In this document: piece by piece, positions 21,285 to 31,282 of the stretch
How positions within the stretch are numbered: position 1 is the first letter of the stretch
Layout of the letters: every line of letters begins with the position of its first letter
IMG/VR virus record: IMGVR_UViG_3300014205_000180
Location: 86,989 to 150,988 of that record
Strand: one strand, 5' to 3'
DNA: 64,000 bases
From: a virus
Lineage: Duplodnaviria > Caudoviricetes
The notes under the pieces: model-generated
What the model was told of the DNA's origin: nothing
Seen by the model: only the letters and a program-made list of their open reading frames with translations
The model's database searches: none
Translations under genes and position numbers: made by a program

Positions 21285-22234
21285 TTCATTTTTCTCTTGA
21301 TTATTGCCTGAGCGGAAAAATTATAAGCATTGTTCTTGATCTTTTCAATGTCATTATTTGATAACCCAGTTTCATTCTTTAATACATCGTATTCATTACT
21401 AATGTTTGAACATATTATTGCCGGGTCGTCTGTACCAACATTTATAATGAAGCCATTCTTGATCATTTCATTTACAGGGTGTTTGCCTCTCTTTGCTACA
21501 CCAGTACAAAAATTACTAGTTAGACATACATCAAAAGAAATCAATCTATCACTAGTCATTTTAGCTAATTCTTTATTATCTGCCACAGCTATGCCATGAC
21601 ATACTCTATCTAAATTAAGAATATTAATAGCATCAATAACATGTTGTGATTTGTCTATTTCACCAACATGTGCCATACAAACACGTTTAGCACTATGCCA
21701 TCTTTTATAAATCGGCTTATAAAAATCAACATCAAAATAATTCTCATCACCAACTATATCAATACCAGCAATGCATTCAGCAACTAAATCATTATTAATT
21801 ATATCACTAATCTTTAATTGTACATCTTTGTCCATATCATGCTTCAATGATAATACTAAATCTACAGTTATTCCTAAATTAGATGAATGAATTTCAAATT
21901 CAGAAATAAACCACAAAACAAATTTTGTAATTGATTCATTTTTGCTTTTTAAATATTTTAGGTATTTGTTAATAGAAAATTTTATTTCAGCATAATCAAT
22001 ACCTTCCTTCTTTAAACCCCAAACAACATCTTGAATGGTCAATGATATATTATCATGATTCCATTCAATATTATCTAATATTTTAAATTTATTAAAGAAT
22101 GATTTATAGGACAATTTTTCATTCTTACCAAAGGTCATCAGTTTATTAACTTTTTTGATATCAATACCAGATATCTTACTGACAGTATCAACGCTAATTG
22201 AACCGCCCATATGGCGGTGAGTCTCACATAGCAT
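21281..22234 (-). CDS. add: adenosine deaminase family (amidohydrolase) protein
   Basis: ETHRHMGGS, GIDIVGDE, AHVGE, RVCHG, CLTSN, GTDDP: all metal and catalytic motifs present. Confidence 0.9.
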   Translation of the reverse strand: MLCETHRHMGGSISVDTVSKISGIDIKKVNKLMTFGKNEKLSYKSFFNKFKILDNIEWNHDNISLTIQDVVWGLKKEGIDYAEIKFSINKYLKYLKSKNESITKFVLWFISEFEIHSSNLGITVDLVLSLKHDMDKDVQLKISDIINNDLVAECIAGIDIVGDENYFDVDFYKPIYKRWHSAKRVCMAHVGEIDKSQHVIDAINILNLDRVCHGIAVADNKELAKMTSDRLISFDVCLTSNFCTGVAKRGKHPVNEMIKNGFIINVGTDDPAIICSNISNEYDVLKNETGLSNNDIEKIKNNAYNFSAQAIIKRKMK

Positions 22235-22253
22235 TAATTTTAAATACTATAAT

Positions 22254-22766
22254 TTAGAAAGTACGACCACGATATCCAAATATCGATCCTGCAACATCAA
22301 TACTCATAACTTCAGCATCAGCAACAGATGAATCAAGAAGAGCAAGTAAATCATTAGCAAATTGCACAAAATATGGATCTACCACTCTATTTGCAGAGTT
22401 AACGCATCCAAATCCGGTAACACCACTATTAGTATTAAGGACTGTTACCGCTTCAGTTGGGCTTTTTGGAACTTCACTATGAGTCTTTTTTATGTTACCA
22501 TTAATAGTCAATCTGGCAACGAAATTACCAAATGCCAATGTTGCTTTCACTGGACTAGAAAATTCATCAATATAGCCAGCAGTACCAAGAGCTTCATTTA
22601 ATGCAGCTTCAGCATTATTAGCAATTTTTTCCATTTCAAACTTCTTTTCCATCCTCTTACCATATCCGGCAGGAAAATTGATTTGCATTTTAGCGATAAA
22701 TGGAATAAAAACGTTACTCTGGGTGAATGGACTCTGACTTAAAGCGCCGGTTGATAATGCAGTCAT
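22254..22766 (-). CDS. hypothetical (virion?) protein
   Basis: 170-aa ORF with AGGA SD. Confidence 0.65.
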   Translation of the reverse strand: MTALSTGALSQSPFTQSNVFIPFIAKMQINFPAGYGKRMEKKFEMEKIANNAEAALNEALGTAGYIDEFSSPVKATLAFGNFVARLTINGNIKKTHSEVPKSPTEAVTVLNTNSGVTGFGCVNSANRVVDPYFVQFANDLLALLDSSVADAEVMSIDVAGSIFGYRGRTF

Positions 22767-22804
22767 TTGTTTGTCCTAGGTTATATTTTCCAGATTGAAA
22801 CAAC

Positions 22805-22834
22805 GACACCCGCCCACAAAGTAGGCGGGTGTCG
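22805..22834 (-). terminator. intrinsic terminator
   Basis: CGACACCCGCC-N8-GGCGGGTGTCG inverted repeat after 22857-23285, U-rich tail on the minus strand. Confidence 0.85.
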
Positions 22835-22856
22835 CTTTGCTATCTTGCAAACCCGA

Positions 22857-23285
22857 TTAGATCGGGCGGAAGAGGCCGCGAGGCAGCGGGGAAGCTGCGC
22901 GGACTTCGGCGTGCAGATCTTCAGTCAGATGGCCATCGGCCTTCTGGATGAAGAGGTCGTGGCGGGTGCCGACCAGCTGAGCCGGGAATGCCAGGTTGGC
23001 AACGCCAGCGGCCACATCAGCCACCGTAGCACGCTCGCGGGTCTCAAGCACAACGGGCATGCCGTAGCGCCAAGCCGGATTCGGGCCAGGAACGCCAGCA
23101 GCAGCCGCTGCAGCAGCGGTATCAGCCAGGGCGTAGAAGGCGTCGATTTCCTCGCCGGGGGCGATCACGACCACTGGGCCGAGGCGCTGAGCCATCTGCT
23201 TGATGGACGAGTTGCGGGGGACATCGGTACGGGTACGGACGGTACGACGTACTGAGATGAGAGCATTGGCGGGCTGGTCTGCCAT
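22857..23285 (-). CDS. GC-rich, probably very abundant virion protein (capsid decoration-like?)
   Basis: codon usage like the MCP, TAAGGA SD, own promoter-like AAAAATA and own terminator. Confidence 0.7.
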   Translation of the reverse strand: MADQPANALISVRRTVRTRTDVPRNSSIKQMAQRLGPVVVIAPGEEIDAFYALADTAAAAAAAGVPGPNPAWRYGMPVVLETRERATVADVAAGVANLAFPAQLVGTRHDLFIQKADGHLTEDLHAEVRAASPLPRGLFRPI

Positions 23286-23347
23286 GGGAGTAGTTCCTTA
23301 TGAGGTCTACAATATTTTTGCTCGAAATTATTTATTTCTAATAAATT

Positions 23348-24337
23348 TTAATTAAAATCTGGATGAGGTTTCATTTTACTATCATTGATAATCCATCTTT
23401 TACTATAACATCTGTGTTCATTTCTGCATGGTCCAATATAATCAAGGAATCTACGTCTCTCTCTTCTTTTTATAATATTAATCATAGGACCTTGAGTAGT
23501 GTAATAATTACATTCAATTGGCATCTTACTAACCAAAAATTTAACATCATTTTCAGTAAATCCATTAGTACACAGTCTCAAACTACTATTTCCTGACGTT
23601 CCATCACCAAGATACCACCAATAACAAGTTTCTGATGTTAATATTAAATCTTTTGGAACAATTTTTATTCCATTAGGATACCATTTATTTCTTAATATAG
23701 TTAAATCTGGATATGAATGTGACATAATGGCATAATTCGTATATCTTTTATTAGTTCTTTTATCTAAATAAGAATTTGTTTTTAAATGCCAGCCAAGTCT
23801 TTCTAAAACTTTATATCTAACATCATTAAGAACTTCCATATAATGACAAGTATACTGCAGGCTTGCATTTCTAAATTCATATCGATTGCTAACATATAGA
23901 TTACCATCACCTAAAAGCATTCCGTTTATTATTTCAAATTCTAAACTAGTAAGATTAGCTGGCTTGGTCTTTAAATATAAAGATTCACCAGATGATCTCT
24001 TTTTTATTCCATATTTAGGAAAATAATGTTCTTGTACTGTTTCTGTGCTTACACCTAATTTTATAGCTATTTCTGGAATAGTATTTGTTTTATATTCTTC
24101 AATTAAATAATTTGAAAATTCTTGTTCTGTTTTAAACCCATGATTAATAAATCCATGGCCAACAATAACGTTTATATTAAATTTATCAATGACCCTACGT
24201 ATTGATGAATATCCAATTTTAAGTTCATGTTGTAACTGACGTAAATTTTTACCAATTTTATTTTGTGATTCAATATAACAAGCTAATTCACTTTCAGATG
24301 AAAATCCGCATTTTTGATAAACTTTTAATATTGGCAT
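23348..24337 (-). mobile_element. free-standing LAGLIDADG homing endonuclease with N-terminal HTH repeats
   Basis: EIINGMLLGDGNL, KWYPNGIKIVP, CYWWYLGDG, LCTNGF; paralogue of 16403-17329. Confidence 0.87.
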
Positions 24338-24380
24338 GTTTTATATTTGAACAACAACACTATACATGCACAATTCAGAA

Positions 24381-25619
24381 TCAACGCTTTTGAGAAGCAG
24401 CATCGAAATCGCCGCGATAAATATAAAGATCTGTAACCCACATTCCTGCATGAATTGTATGTTCAAAACCATACACTAACCATTTTCCATTTCCGCCATA
24501 TGGGGCACCATTAACATCAACCCAAGTTAAATTTATTGTGTATCCACCTAAATTACTACTATCATGAACTTTATGATTTCCTAAAACTCTTAATTTTATT
24601 CTATATAGTCCATTTAGCATATTCAAAAACATAGCTCTAGCTCTTCCATCAATATAATCTTGATATTTTATACCAACCTCGCCAGCACTAAGTTCTGGTA
24701 CTGCCATTATTTGAGTCCAGCCACGATCTTCATCAGTCGGCTTAGTAAAACTCTGATCCTGTTTTAAATCAACATTTAATTTATTGCCAGTATTAGAATC
24801 TTTTACTTTTATTTTATCCTTTGTAATACTATTACTTTTATCACAATAAAGGCCAGATATCGCTGATATTCCAGCAGTACCAAGAACAGTTTGTAAATTA
24901 GATAAGTAATTGTTCTCCAAAACTTGCCATGATATCACATTTTGAGCACCTGATGGATTAGCATTTACTACATAATCGCCAAAAGTTCCGTTCGACAATT
25001 CAGCTTGTTCTTTTATAATGATTTTTTCATCAACACTTGCTACAACCCATTGAGTTTTTTTATTAGTTATTGATGATGACCAATCAACTAATGACATTAT
25101 AAAAGATTTAGGATCTTGTCTCATCATCCACCATTTATTTTCTTGATTGTCTACTGTTACACCAATATCAACTGATATACCAGGAGCATAGTCTCCAACA
25201 ACTTTTTTAATAACATCAGAAACTTTTCCTTTATAAACTTTACCCTCTGCATCTCCCCAATTAAGATACCATGTTGGAGGATCAATAGCTATAAATTGAA
25301 AAAATCCAGATGATTGACCACCCTCAGGGGTCATAGCATCCAAATCAGTCATGTATGCAATTCGTTCATCAGTTTCTTTACCACTGATGTTCCATTTAAT
25401 TTTCCATTTTACTTTAGTAGGCTTCTTTCTAGCATCTTGTAGATATTTTTCATTAGCAATTTCTTGAAATTTTGCTAAATGTGGATCATTAAACAAAACA
25501 TATATTGAATATCCACCATTTATTAATGATCTCCATTGAAATCTGTTTACAAAACGACTTAAGTTAGGTCCATCATCAATAGATATGGTAATTACTACAT
25601 CTGCACCAGCTTTTTCCAT
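24381..25619 (-). CDS. baseplate hub protein (gp27/gpD/VgrG-like)
   Basis: GKVSDVIKKV, VLGNH..., GKWLVYGFEHTI; position after the tube and LysM-like genes. Confidence 0.65.
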   Translation of the reverse strand: MEKAGADVVITISIDDGPNLSRFVNRFQWRSLINGGYSIYVLFNDPHLAKFQEIANEKYLQDARKKPTKVKWKIKWNISGKETDERIAYMTDLDAMTPEGGQSSGFFQFIAIDPPTWYLNWGDAEGKVYKGKVSDVIKKVVGDYAPGISVDIGVTVDNQENKWWMMRQDPKSFIMSLVDWSSSITNKKTQWVVASVDEKIIIKEQAELSNGTFGDYVVNANPSGAQNVISWQVLENNYLSNLQTVLGTAGISAISGLYCDKSNSITKDKIKVKDSNTGNKLNVDLKQDQSFTKPTDEDRGWTQIMAVPELSAGEVGIKYQDYIDGRARAMFLNMLNGLYRIKLRVLGNHKVHDSSNLGGYTINLTWVDVNGAPYGGNGKWLVYGFEHTIHAGMWVTDLYIYRGDFDAASQKR

Positions 25620-26119
25620 TATTTAACCTCATACCATGAAAATTTTACAGTAGCTGTAACTGATAATATTTCGGAAGATCCATATGATAGTTGACTTTTT
25701 GCTATATTACTAACCCAACAATTTTTAAATGAATATGTGACCAATTTAGACCCTTTACTATCGTTTAAATCAATTATTACATCATTAACATAATCGTCAA
25801 AATCACCTATACCTTGATCGGCAGTATGAACAAGATCAAGGTATGTTTCTAATTCACTCAATAAATCTTTTGGTGTGTAAAAAACTAATTTTAAATCAGA
25901 ATAATTGGCAGATTTTCCAAATTTATAAGTTGATCCAGGCGTTTTGATTTGTAATTCTTCTATAATTCTTTCCGGCAGATCAACATCTTTTAATAAATTT
26001 AATGGTGGATTATGCCCAGGTTGACCCATAAATATTGACATCGAAAAACGATGAGCACGCAAAGTCTCAGTTTTTGAATCTGGACCATCACCTTCACCAT
26101 TTATTTTAAATCCAGGCAT
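25619..26119 (-). CDS. gp19/gp54-like tail tube family protein
   Basis: RAHRF, VDLPE, YSDLKLVFY, YSFKNCWVSNI..LSYGSSE..VTATVKFSW. Confidence 0.75.
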   Translation of the reverse strand: MPGFKINGEGDGPDSKTETLRAHRFSMSIFMGQPGHNPPLNLLKDVDLPERIIEELQIKTPGSTYKFGKSANYSDLKLVFYTPKDLLSELETYLDLVHTADQGIGDFDDYVNDVIIDLNDSKGSKLVTYSFKNCWVSNIAKSQLSYGSSEILSVTATVKFSWYEVK

Positions 26120-26439
26120 TATAGTCCTAATGTCCTTACAAAACTCATCCTTGGTATCTTAATAACTTCACCAGATTTTGGCCAATTAATAGTATTTTTG
26201 GGCCTATTTCCCATAACGATTACCCAATCATAAAATGATAAATTATAAAACTTTAAAGAAATTAGATCTGGTCTTCCATCATATCCATTTTCAGTTGACC
26301 ATTCATCATATTGATCACCATTCATATTTTTTAATGCATCAAAACCCTCCATAAGCCCATATGTTTCAGCACCATTTCTAGTTCTGATTAAATCAGTGTT
26401 TCTAAATCTACTATAACTTAATGCCATGATTAATACCAC
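26119..26439 (-). CDS. baseplate wedge gp53/LysM-like protein; probable start at 26427
   Basis: GRPDLISLKFY...WVIVMGN...GEVIKIP. Confidence 0.75.
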   Translation of the reverse strand: MVLIMALSYSRFRNTDLIRTRNGAETYGLMEGFDALKNMNGDQYDEWSTENGYDGRPDLISLKFYNLSFYDWVIVMGNRPKNTINWPKSGEVIKIPRMSFVRTLGL

Positions 26440-27008
26440 CCAGGTGTTGGTTTTTCTTCTAATGTCTTAAGTTCTTGCATTGGCGTGTCACCACCGCCAC
26501 CATCTCCGACAGGTTTTAGCTGAGTAACAGACAATAGATCCATTGATAATTTAACATGTAATGGATACCATGCTCCGCCAATATTAATTAATTCAGGACT
26601 ATATATAACATTTACACTGTTCAACCTCCAAGTAGTCCTTTTCTTAATTAAATTATATAGTTTATTAATTTCAACAATAGGATAATCAACCATATTTCCA
26701 CCTTGATAACAAGTATAAAAATATGATTTAACTTTGTCTGTTATTTCATGTACAAAATCTGGTGTCCACTTACCACCAATAACCCACTGAAATTCCAAGC
26801 CAAGATCTCTTGGATTGCCAGATTTAAAAAATGCTATTGGTTCATATGACATTGCATCAATAGTATTCCAATTAGCACTTTTGGAATCTTTAGTAATAGT
26901 TGGTGGAAATTGCAAATTACTACTATTTAAAATAAATCCAGATGGATTTCCTTTTATTGAAACATTTCCAATAGCATTTTGATCAGCTTTAGTTAAAACA
27001 AATGCCAT
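26430..27008 (-). CDS. tail tube initiator / contractile-system tube-like protein
   Basis: QFPPTITKDSKSANW, PRDLGLEF, LNSVNVIYS, PLHVKLSMDL; directly after the tape measure gene. Confidence 0.6.
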   Translation of the reverse strand: MAFVLTKADQNAIGNVSIKGNPSGFILNSSNLQFPPTITKDSKSANWNTIDAMSYEPIAFFKSGNPRDLGLEFQWVIGGKWTPDFVHEITDKVKSYFYTCYQGGNMVDYPIVEINKLYNLIKKRTTWRLNSVNVIYSPELINIGGAWYPLHVKLSMDLLSVTQLKPVGDGGGGDTPMQELKTLEEKPTPGWY

Positions 27009-27043
27009 ATTTTATATTTACATTAAATCAATATTTAAACATT

Positions 27044-30000
27044 TTAAGCAGCATAATCTCCATTAGCTGATGTGGTTCCAAAACCACCACCCATAACCAT
27101 TTCATTAAGTATTTTCTTGAGAACCTCAACAGATTGATCAAGTTTAGGACCAACGCTATCATCAGAATTATCAGCAAGTAATGCCTTTATTTCTTTTAAT
27201 TCTTTGATAATTTCTTTATTTGAATTATTAGATGCTTCTATTGTAAGAGCAAAACTCTTTTTAATTTCTTCTGAATGATTCGGTTGTTGCGGATCAACAG
27301 AATTAATAGCTTGCATATCTTGCATCGGTTTAGCTATTTTACTAATAGCTGATGCAACTCTTTCAGCCTTACCTTCAAATGAAGAGAACCAACCAGAACT
27401 ATCATTAATGGCTTCAACAAATACTTTAAGTCCATCAGCGATAGAAACAAATGACTTACCAACTTGATCACCAACACCACCAAGTGCTGTTATTGGACCA
27501 AGTAATGTATTCATTGCAACAGCCATTTTTTCAGCATTTGCCACAATACCACCAGTAAAGAATGACATTATTGCACCACCAGCTAAAGCGGCAGCAAATG
27601 CAGCAAGCCCAGCAGCCATTCCAATTAATGCTGGTCCAGCACTTAATGGAACACTAGAAAGAGCCTCAAATAATTTTGCTATTTGACTTGGATCTATTAA
27701 AGAAATTGCAGATCCTAATGCAGCAACGCCAATTGCTAGCAATGCTCCAACAGCTGCTAAGCCAGCTGCGCCAATTAATGCAGGAACAATAAGTGGTGCC
27801 ATTAAAGCTAGTATACCCATTGTAACTAACAATCCTCCAACCATTATTCCAAGAACTCCTGTCTGTTCTAAAGTAATTCCTTCAGAAGCCATCCCTAATA
27901 ATCCAACACCAACAGCTAAAGAAGCTCCCACTAAGCCAACAAGGGCAGCGCCAATTAATGCTTTTGGACCTATTGATGTCATCTTTGATAATATCCATGA
28001 AGCAGCAACTATTCCGCCAACAGTTATGGCCAATTGTGCAGCTTTATCTGGCGGTAACAAATTAGCCGCTAATCCAAGTGCAGCGACACCAACACTAAGA
28101 GAAACTCCGACTAAAGCAATAACACCAACAGTCTTTAATACTCCACCCATTTTAATTCTAGCCATTGTATCAAAAAACCCTTTCAATTCTAATGCAAACC
28201 CTCTTAAGCCACCACTTTTTACACCACTTAATGATTTGCTATTTTCACCAGCTGCTTTTAGTGATTCTCCAGTTTTATCAACTACTTTGCTGCCAGATTT
28301 GAAATAATTGACCATACTTTTAAAAGTACCAGTAATAGATGATAGACTATCTTTAAACATTGAAAGAGACTTTCCTACCGCAAAAACTGATACACCAAGT
28401 GCAGTCAATGACCCGGCTGCTAAAATAACCCATGGCGCTATATCATTATCAAGTAATGCAGCTAAAATATTTATAACAGGTTGTAACCCACTAGCTATTT
28501 GTCCAAAAATAACTCTCAATCTATCAAGAGCTTTAGTTAAATTATTATTTGCATCATTTTGAGCAATAGTAGCTTTAGCTTCAGCCTCTTTTCTACTAGT
28601 CATTTCTTTCGTGATTGCAACTCTTTTTGCATCTTCTGACAAATTACCATATTTCTTATCCATTTCCTCTCTCAAACCTTTACTAGCTGCAGCCATGGAA
28701 TTAAGCTCAGCAACTGGCTTACCAGTTAATTGCATAGACATCATATTTTGTAATGCTGGCGGCATCTTGCTTATTTGAGTAGCATATTTTTCTGCATTTT
28801 TACCAATTTCGGCCATTTGAGCACTTGGATCAGTGCTCATTAAAGTCTTACCTAATAATAATATATTATCCATTGGTTTAGCCATAGAATCGGCAAATGA
28901 ATCCATAGCAGCGTTTGAATCATATCCGGCATCTTTGGCGGCCTTACCAAGTGATGATAACATTACAGTATATTGAGTTGTTAATGGTATTCCAGCCTTC
29001 AATAATTCAGCGTTTCCTTTATATGATGATCTTAATAAATTCATATTTTTATTGAGAATTTGTGCTACATGCGACACTTCGTTAACGCTCATGCCATATT
29101 TTTCAGTAATATTAGTTAAAACTGAATTTAATTGAATTGAAGCTTTAAGTCCATCACGATGTTTTTCTTCAATATCAATAGCACTACTAGTAGCAATTCC
29201 TAAAGATCCAACTCTTAACATTAATTCAGTAGTTTGATTAGATGCCATACCAGTTGATCTTGAAGTATGAGCTATTATCGATGCATATAATGACAATTCG
29301 CCAGCAGCATCTTTACTGCCTTTAGCAACAGACTTAAATGAAGATGCTAATACTGAACCAATAGCTTCATCAGCTTGATCAGCTGTGATAGTAACATTAC
29401 CAAGTCCACTATCTAATTTTTCAAATTCTTTGGAAAGACCGCCGCCAGCAGAAGCGATATTATTGCGCATATCTATCATTGACTGAGATAAAGTTTGTGT
29501 CTTTCCATTTGCATTAACTAAAAAATTATTAGAAACTTGATTATTCTTCTTCCACATATTATGCATTTCAGACAATGAATCTTTTATTCCGCTTAATGGT
29601 CCTTTTAACGCTGATATTAATATACCAGCAGTAGGCAATAAAACCAAAAATCCAGTAAATACACTCGATATTTTATTCCAAATATCAATATGTTTAGTAG
29701 ATTCAACATTTATATCATTGATAGCCGCCCGCATCTTCTTTACTTCATCAACATTTTTCCCGAGCATTGTTAGATGTACACCGCCACGTTGTTCAGCAGT
29801 CTTTAAAGCAGATATATATTTATCGAATTCTATTTTCTGAGATTTAGTAAGTTTCAATTCAGTAACTCTACCCTTTAATATATTATCTAATAGATCTTTA
29901 TGATCTTTTTGGAACTTGTTTACATCCTTGTAATATTTAGTAAATTCAGTATTTTGTTCAAGTTGCTTTTTTAATGCCACATTATACATCGTCAATTCTT

Positions 30001-30313
30001 CACCTTGAAGCTTCGACACATTAACTAACGCTATTGCTTCATCAAGTATTCTTTTTCTATTAGCAATATCAGACATATTTTGAGCATCAATTGATAATCC
30101 AGCTTTATTAATGTCTTTAATAGCATCAAGTAAATTATTAGCAATCGTATTTTGTTGTGGTTGAATTATGTTTACAGGATTATTACTAAAAAACTGACTA
30201 AATTGCTGAAGTTTATTAACTATCTTATCAACACTAGACTCAATAGCATTCAATGCAGTGATAGCCGCACCAGTTTGAAGATCAAGATTAATTTGAAGTA
30301 ATAGTGCTGACAT
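27044..30313 (-). CDS. tail tape measure protein
   Basis: 1089 aa, helical, Ala/Gly-rich hydrophobic repeats, upstream of the baseplate genes. Confidence 0.8.
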   Translation of the reverse strand: MSALLLQINLDLQTGAAITALNAIESSVDKIVNKLQQFSQFFSNNPVNIIQPQQNTIANNLLDAIKDINKAGLSIDAQNMSDIANRKRILDEAIALVNVSKLQGEELTMYNVALKKQLEQNTEFTKYYKDVNKFQKDHKDLLDNILKGRVTELKLTKSQKIEFDKYISALKTAEQRGGVHLTMLGKNVDEVKKMRAAINDINVESTKHIDIWNKISSVFTGFLVLLPTAGILISALKGPLSGIKDSLSEMHNMWKKNNQVSNNFLVNANGKTQTLSQSMIDMRNNIASAGGGLSKEFEKLDSGLGNVTITADQADEAIGSVLASSFKSVAKGSKDAAGELSLYASIIAHTSRSTGMASNQTTELMLRVGSLGIATSSAIDIEEKHRDGLKASIQLNSVLTNITEKYGMSVNEVSHVAQILNKNMNLLRSSYKGNAELLKAGIPLTTQYTVMLSSLGKAAKDAGYDSNAAMDSFADSMAKPMDNILLLGKTLMSTDPSAQMAEIGKNAEKYATQISKMPPALQNMMSMQLTGKPVAELNSMAAASKGLREEMDKKYGNLSEDAKRVAITKEMTSRKEAEAKATIAQNDANNNLTKALDRLRVIFGQIASGLQPVINILAALLDNDIAPWVILAAGSLTALGVSVFAVGKSLSMFKDSLSSITGTFKSMVNYFKSGSKVVDKTGESLKAAGENSKSLSGVKSGGLRGFALELKGFFDTMARIKMGGVLKTVGVIALVGVSLSVGVAALGLAANLLPPDKAAQLAITVGGIVAASWILSKMTSIGPKALIGAALVGLVGASLAVGVGLLGMASEGITLEQTGVLGIMVGGLLVTMGILALMAPLIVPALIGAAGLAAVGALLAIGVAALGSAISLIDPSQIAKLFEALSSVPLSAGPALIGMAAGLAAFAAALAGGAIMSFFTGGIVANAEKMAVAMNTLLGPITALGGVGDQVGKSFVSIADGLKVFVEAINDSSGWFSSFEGKAERVASAISKIAKPMQDMQAINSVDPQQPNHSEEIKKSFALTIEASNNSNKEIIKELKEIKALLADNSDDSVGPKLDQSVEVLKKILNEMVMGGGFGTTSANGDYAA

Positions 30314-30392
30314 CTAATTTTATATTTAACCAAAACTATTTACTAGTATTAATAATTTACAAATTCTTGTTATAAAATAGCAGGAGAAAGAT

Positions 30393-30929
30393 ATGAGTGA
30401 TGACGAAAAAGATAATGGAATGGGAACTTTTGCAATTTTTATTATATTTGGATTTATTTGTGGAATTTTGACCAATTTATTCATTATTTTACCAATTAAA
30501 CATTATATTTGGATCAAGTTACCACCAGATGAAAGAGGATCATGGTTAAAAACTATGACTCCATATGGTGAAGGAATTAGCATGCGTGGGATTTTGACAT
30601 GTCTTTATTATGGACTTTTTTGGATCTTTTTTGCAATTATAGCTGCAAATATCGGAGAACGTGGATTTTATGATTTCGTTCACGCAACTGGTGTAATGAT
30701 CATGTTTTCAGTATTCATGCTGACATACTTAGGAACATCAATTTGGATAGCCCATCATGATATAACAAGCACAATTTATGACAATGGAAACAAAGATTGC
30801 AAAAGGCTTTTGGCGGAACGTATTGAAGATGAACGAATCAAAAAAACTACCCATACCAAGTGGGCAACTGAGGAAGACACTAAATTAGACTCTGATCTGG
30901 CTGAATTAAAAACAAGAGGAACAATTTAA
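30393..30929 (+). CDS. multi-pass membrane protein, opposite strand to the late genes
   Basis: three hydrophobic helices; AGGAG SD. Confidence 0.75.
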   Translation: MSDDEKDNGMGTFAIFIIFGFICGILTNLFIILPIKHYIWIKLPPDERGSWLKTMTPYGEGISMRGILTCLYYGLFWIFFAIIAANIGERGFYDFVHATGVMIMFSVFMLTYLGTSIWIAHHDITSTIYDNGNKDCKRLLAERIEDERIKKTTHTKWATEEDTKLDSDLAELKTRGTI

Positions 30930-31282
30930 ATTATCTTAATACTTCTTCCATAAGCTACCATATCCTTATGCAATGAATTAGTTAAATCTAAGATATGTCT
31001 AGAAGTTTTTAGTGCATCAACAGAAAATAGATCGTCAGGATCTAGCTTAGCAATAGCTTTTTTAATTCTTCCGAATTCTTCAACCAAAGCTTTATACATT
31101 GCATTTAAATATTCTTTAAAAATATCATCAGTTTTACATCTTTGTAATTTTTCAATAGTTGTTTGGTATATTGCTTCATCATAATCATTTTTAGCACTAT
31201 CTCTTAACTTTACATACTTTGCGATTAACGGGTCTAATTTACCCGTTATATCAACCGATTCGTTAATTAAACTTAATTTCAT
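30926..31282 (-). CDS. putative internal head protein
   Basis: MKLSLINE-S leader resembling a gp21 cleavage site. Confidence 0.55.
   Translation of the reverse strand: MKLSLINESVDITGKLDPLIAKYVKLRDSAKNDYDEAIYQTTIEKLQRCKTDDIFKEYLNAMYKALVEEFGRIKKAIAKLDPDDLFSVDALKTSRHILDLTNSLHKDMVAYGRSIKII

Noticed and set aside
22767-23255. 162-aa plus-strand ORF
   Set aside because: Antisense shadow of 22857-23285, which has the SD, promoter-like box and terminator
16403-24337. Group I introns or inteins hosting the LAGLIDADG ORFs
   Set aside because: Flanking genes are complete, gaps are too short for intron cores, and there are no Cys...His-Asn intein ends
24381-30313. Bacterial extracellular contractile injection system or tailocin
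   Set aside because: Capsid, portal, terminase, protease and late sigma in the same window show a true phage
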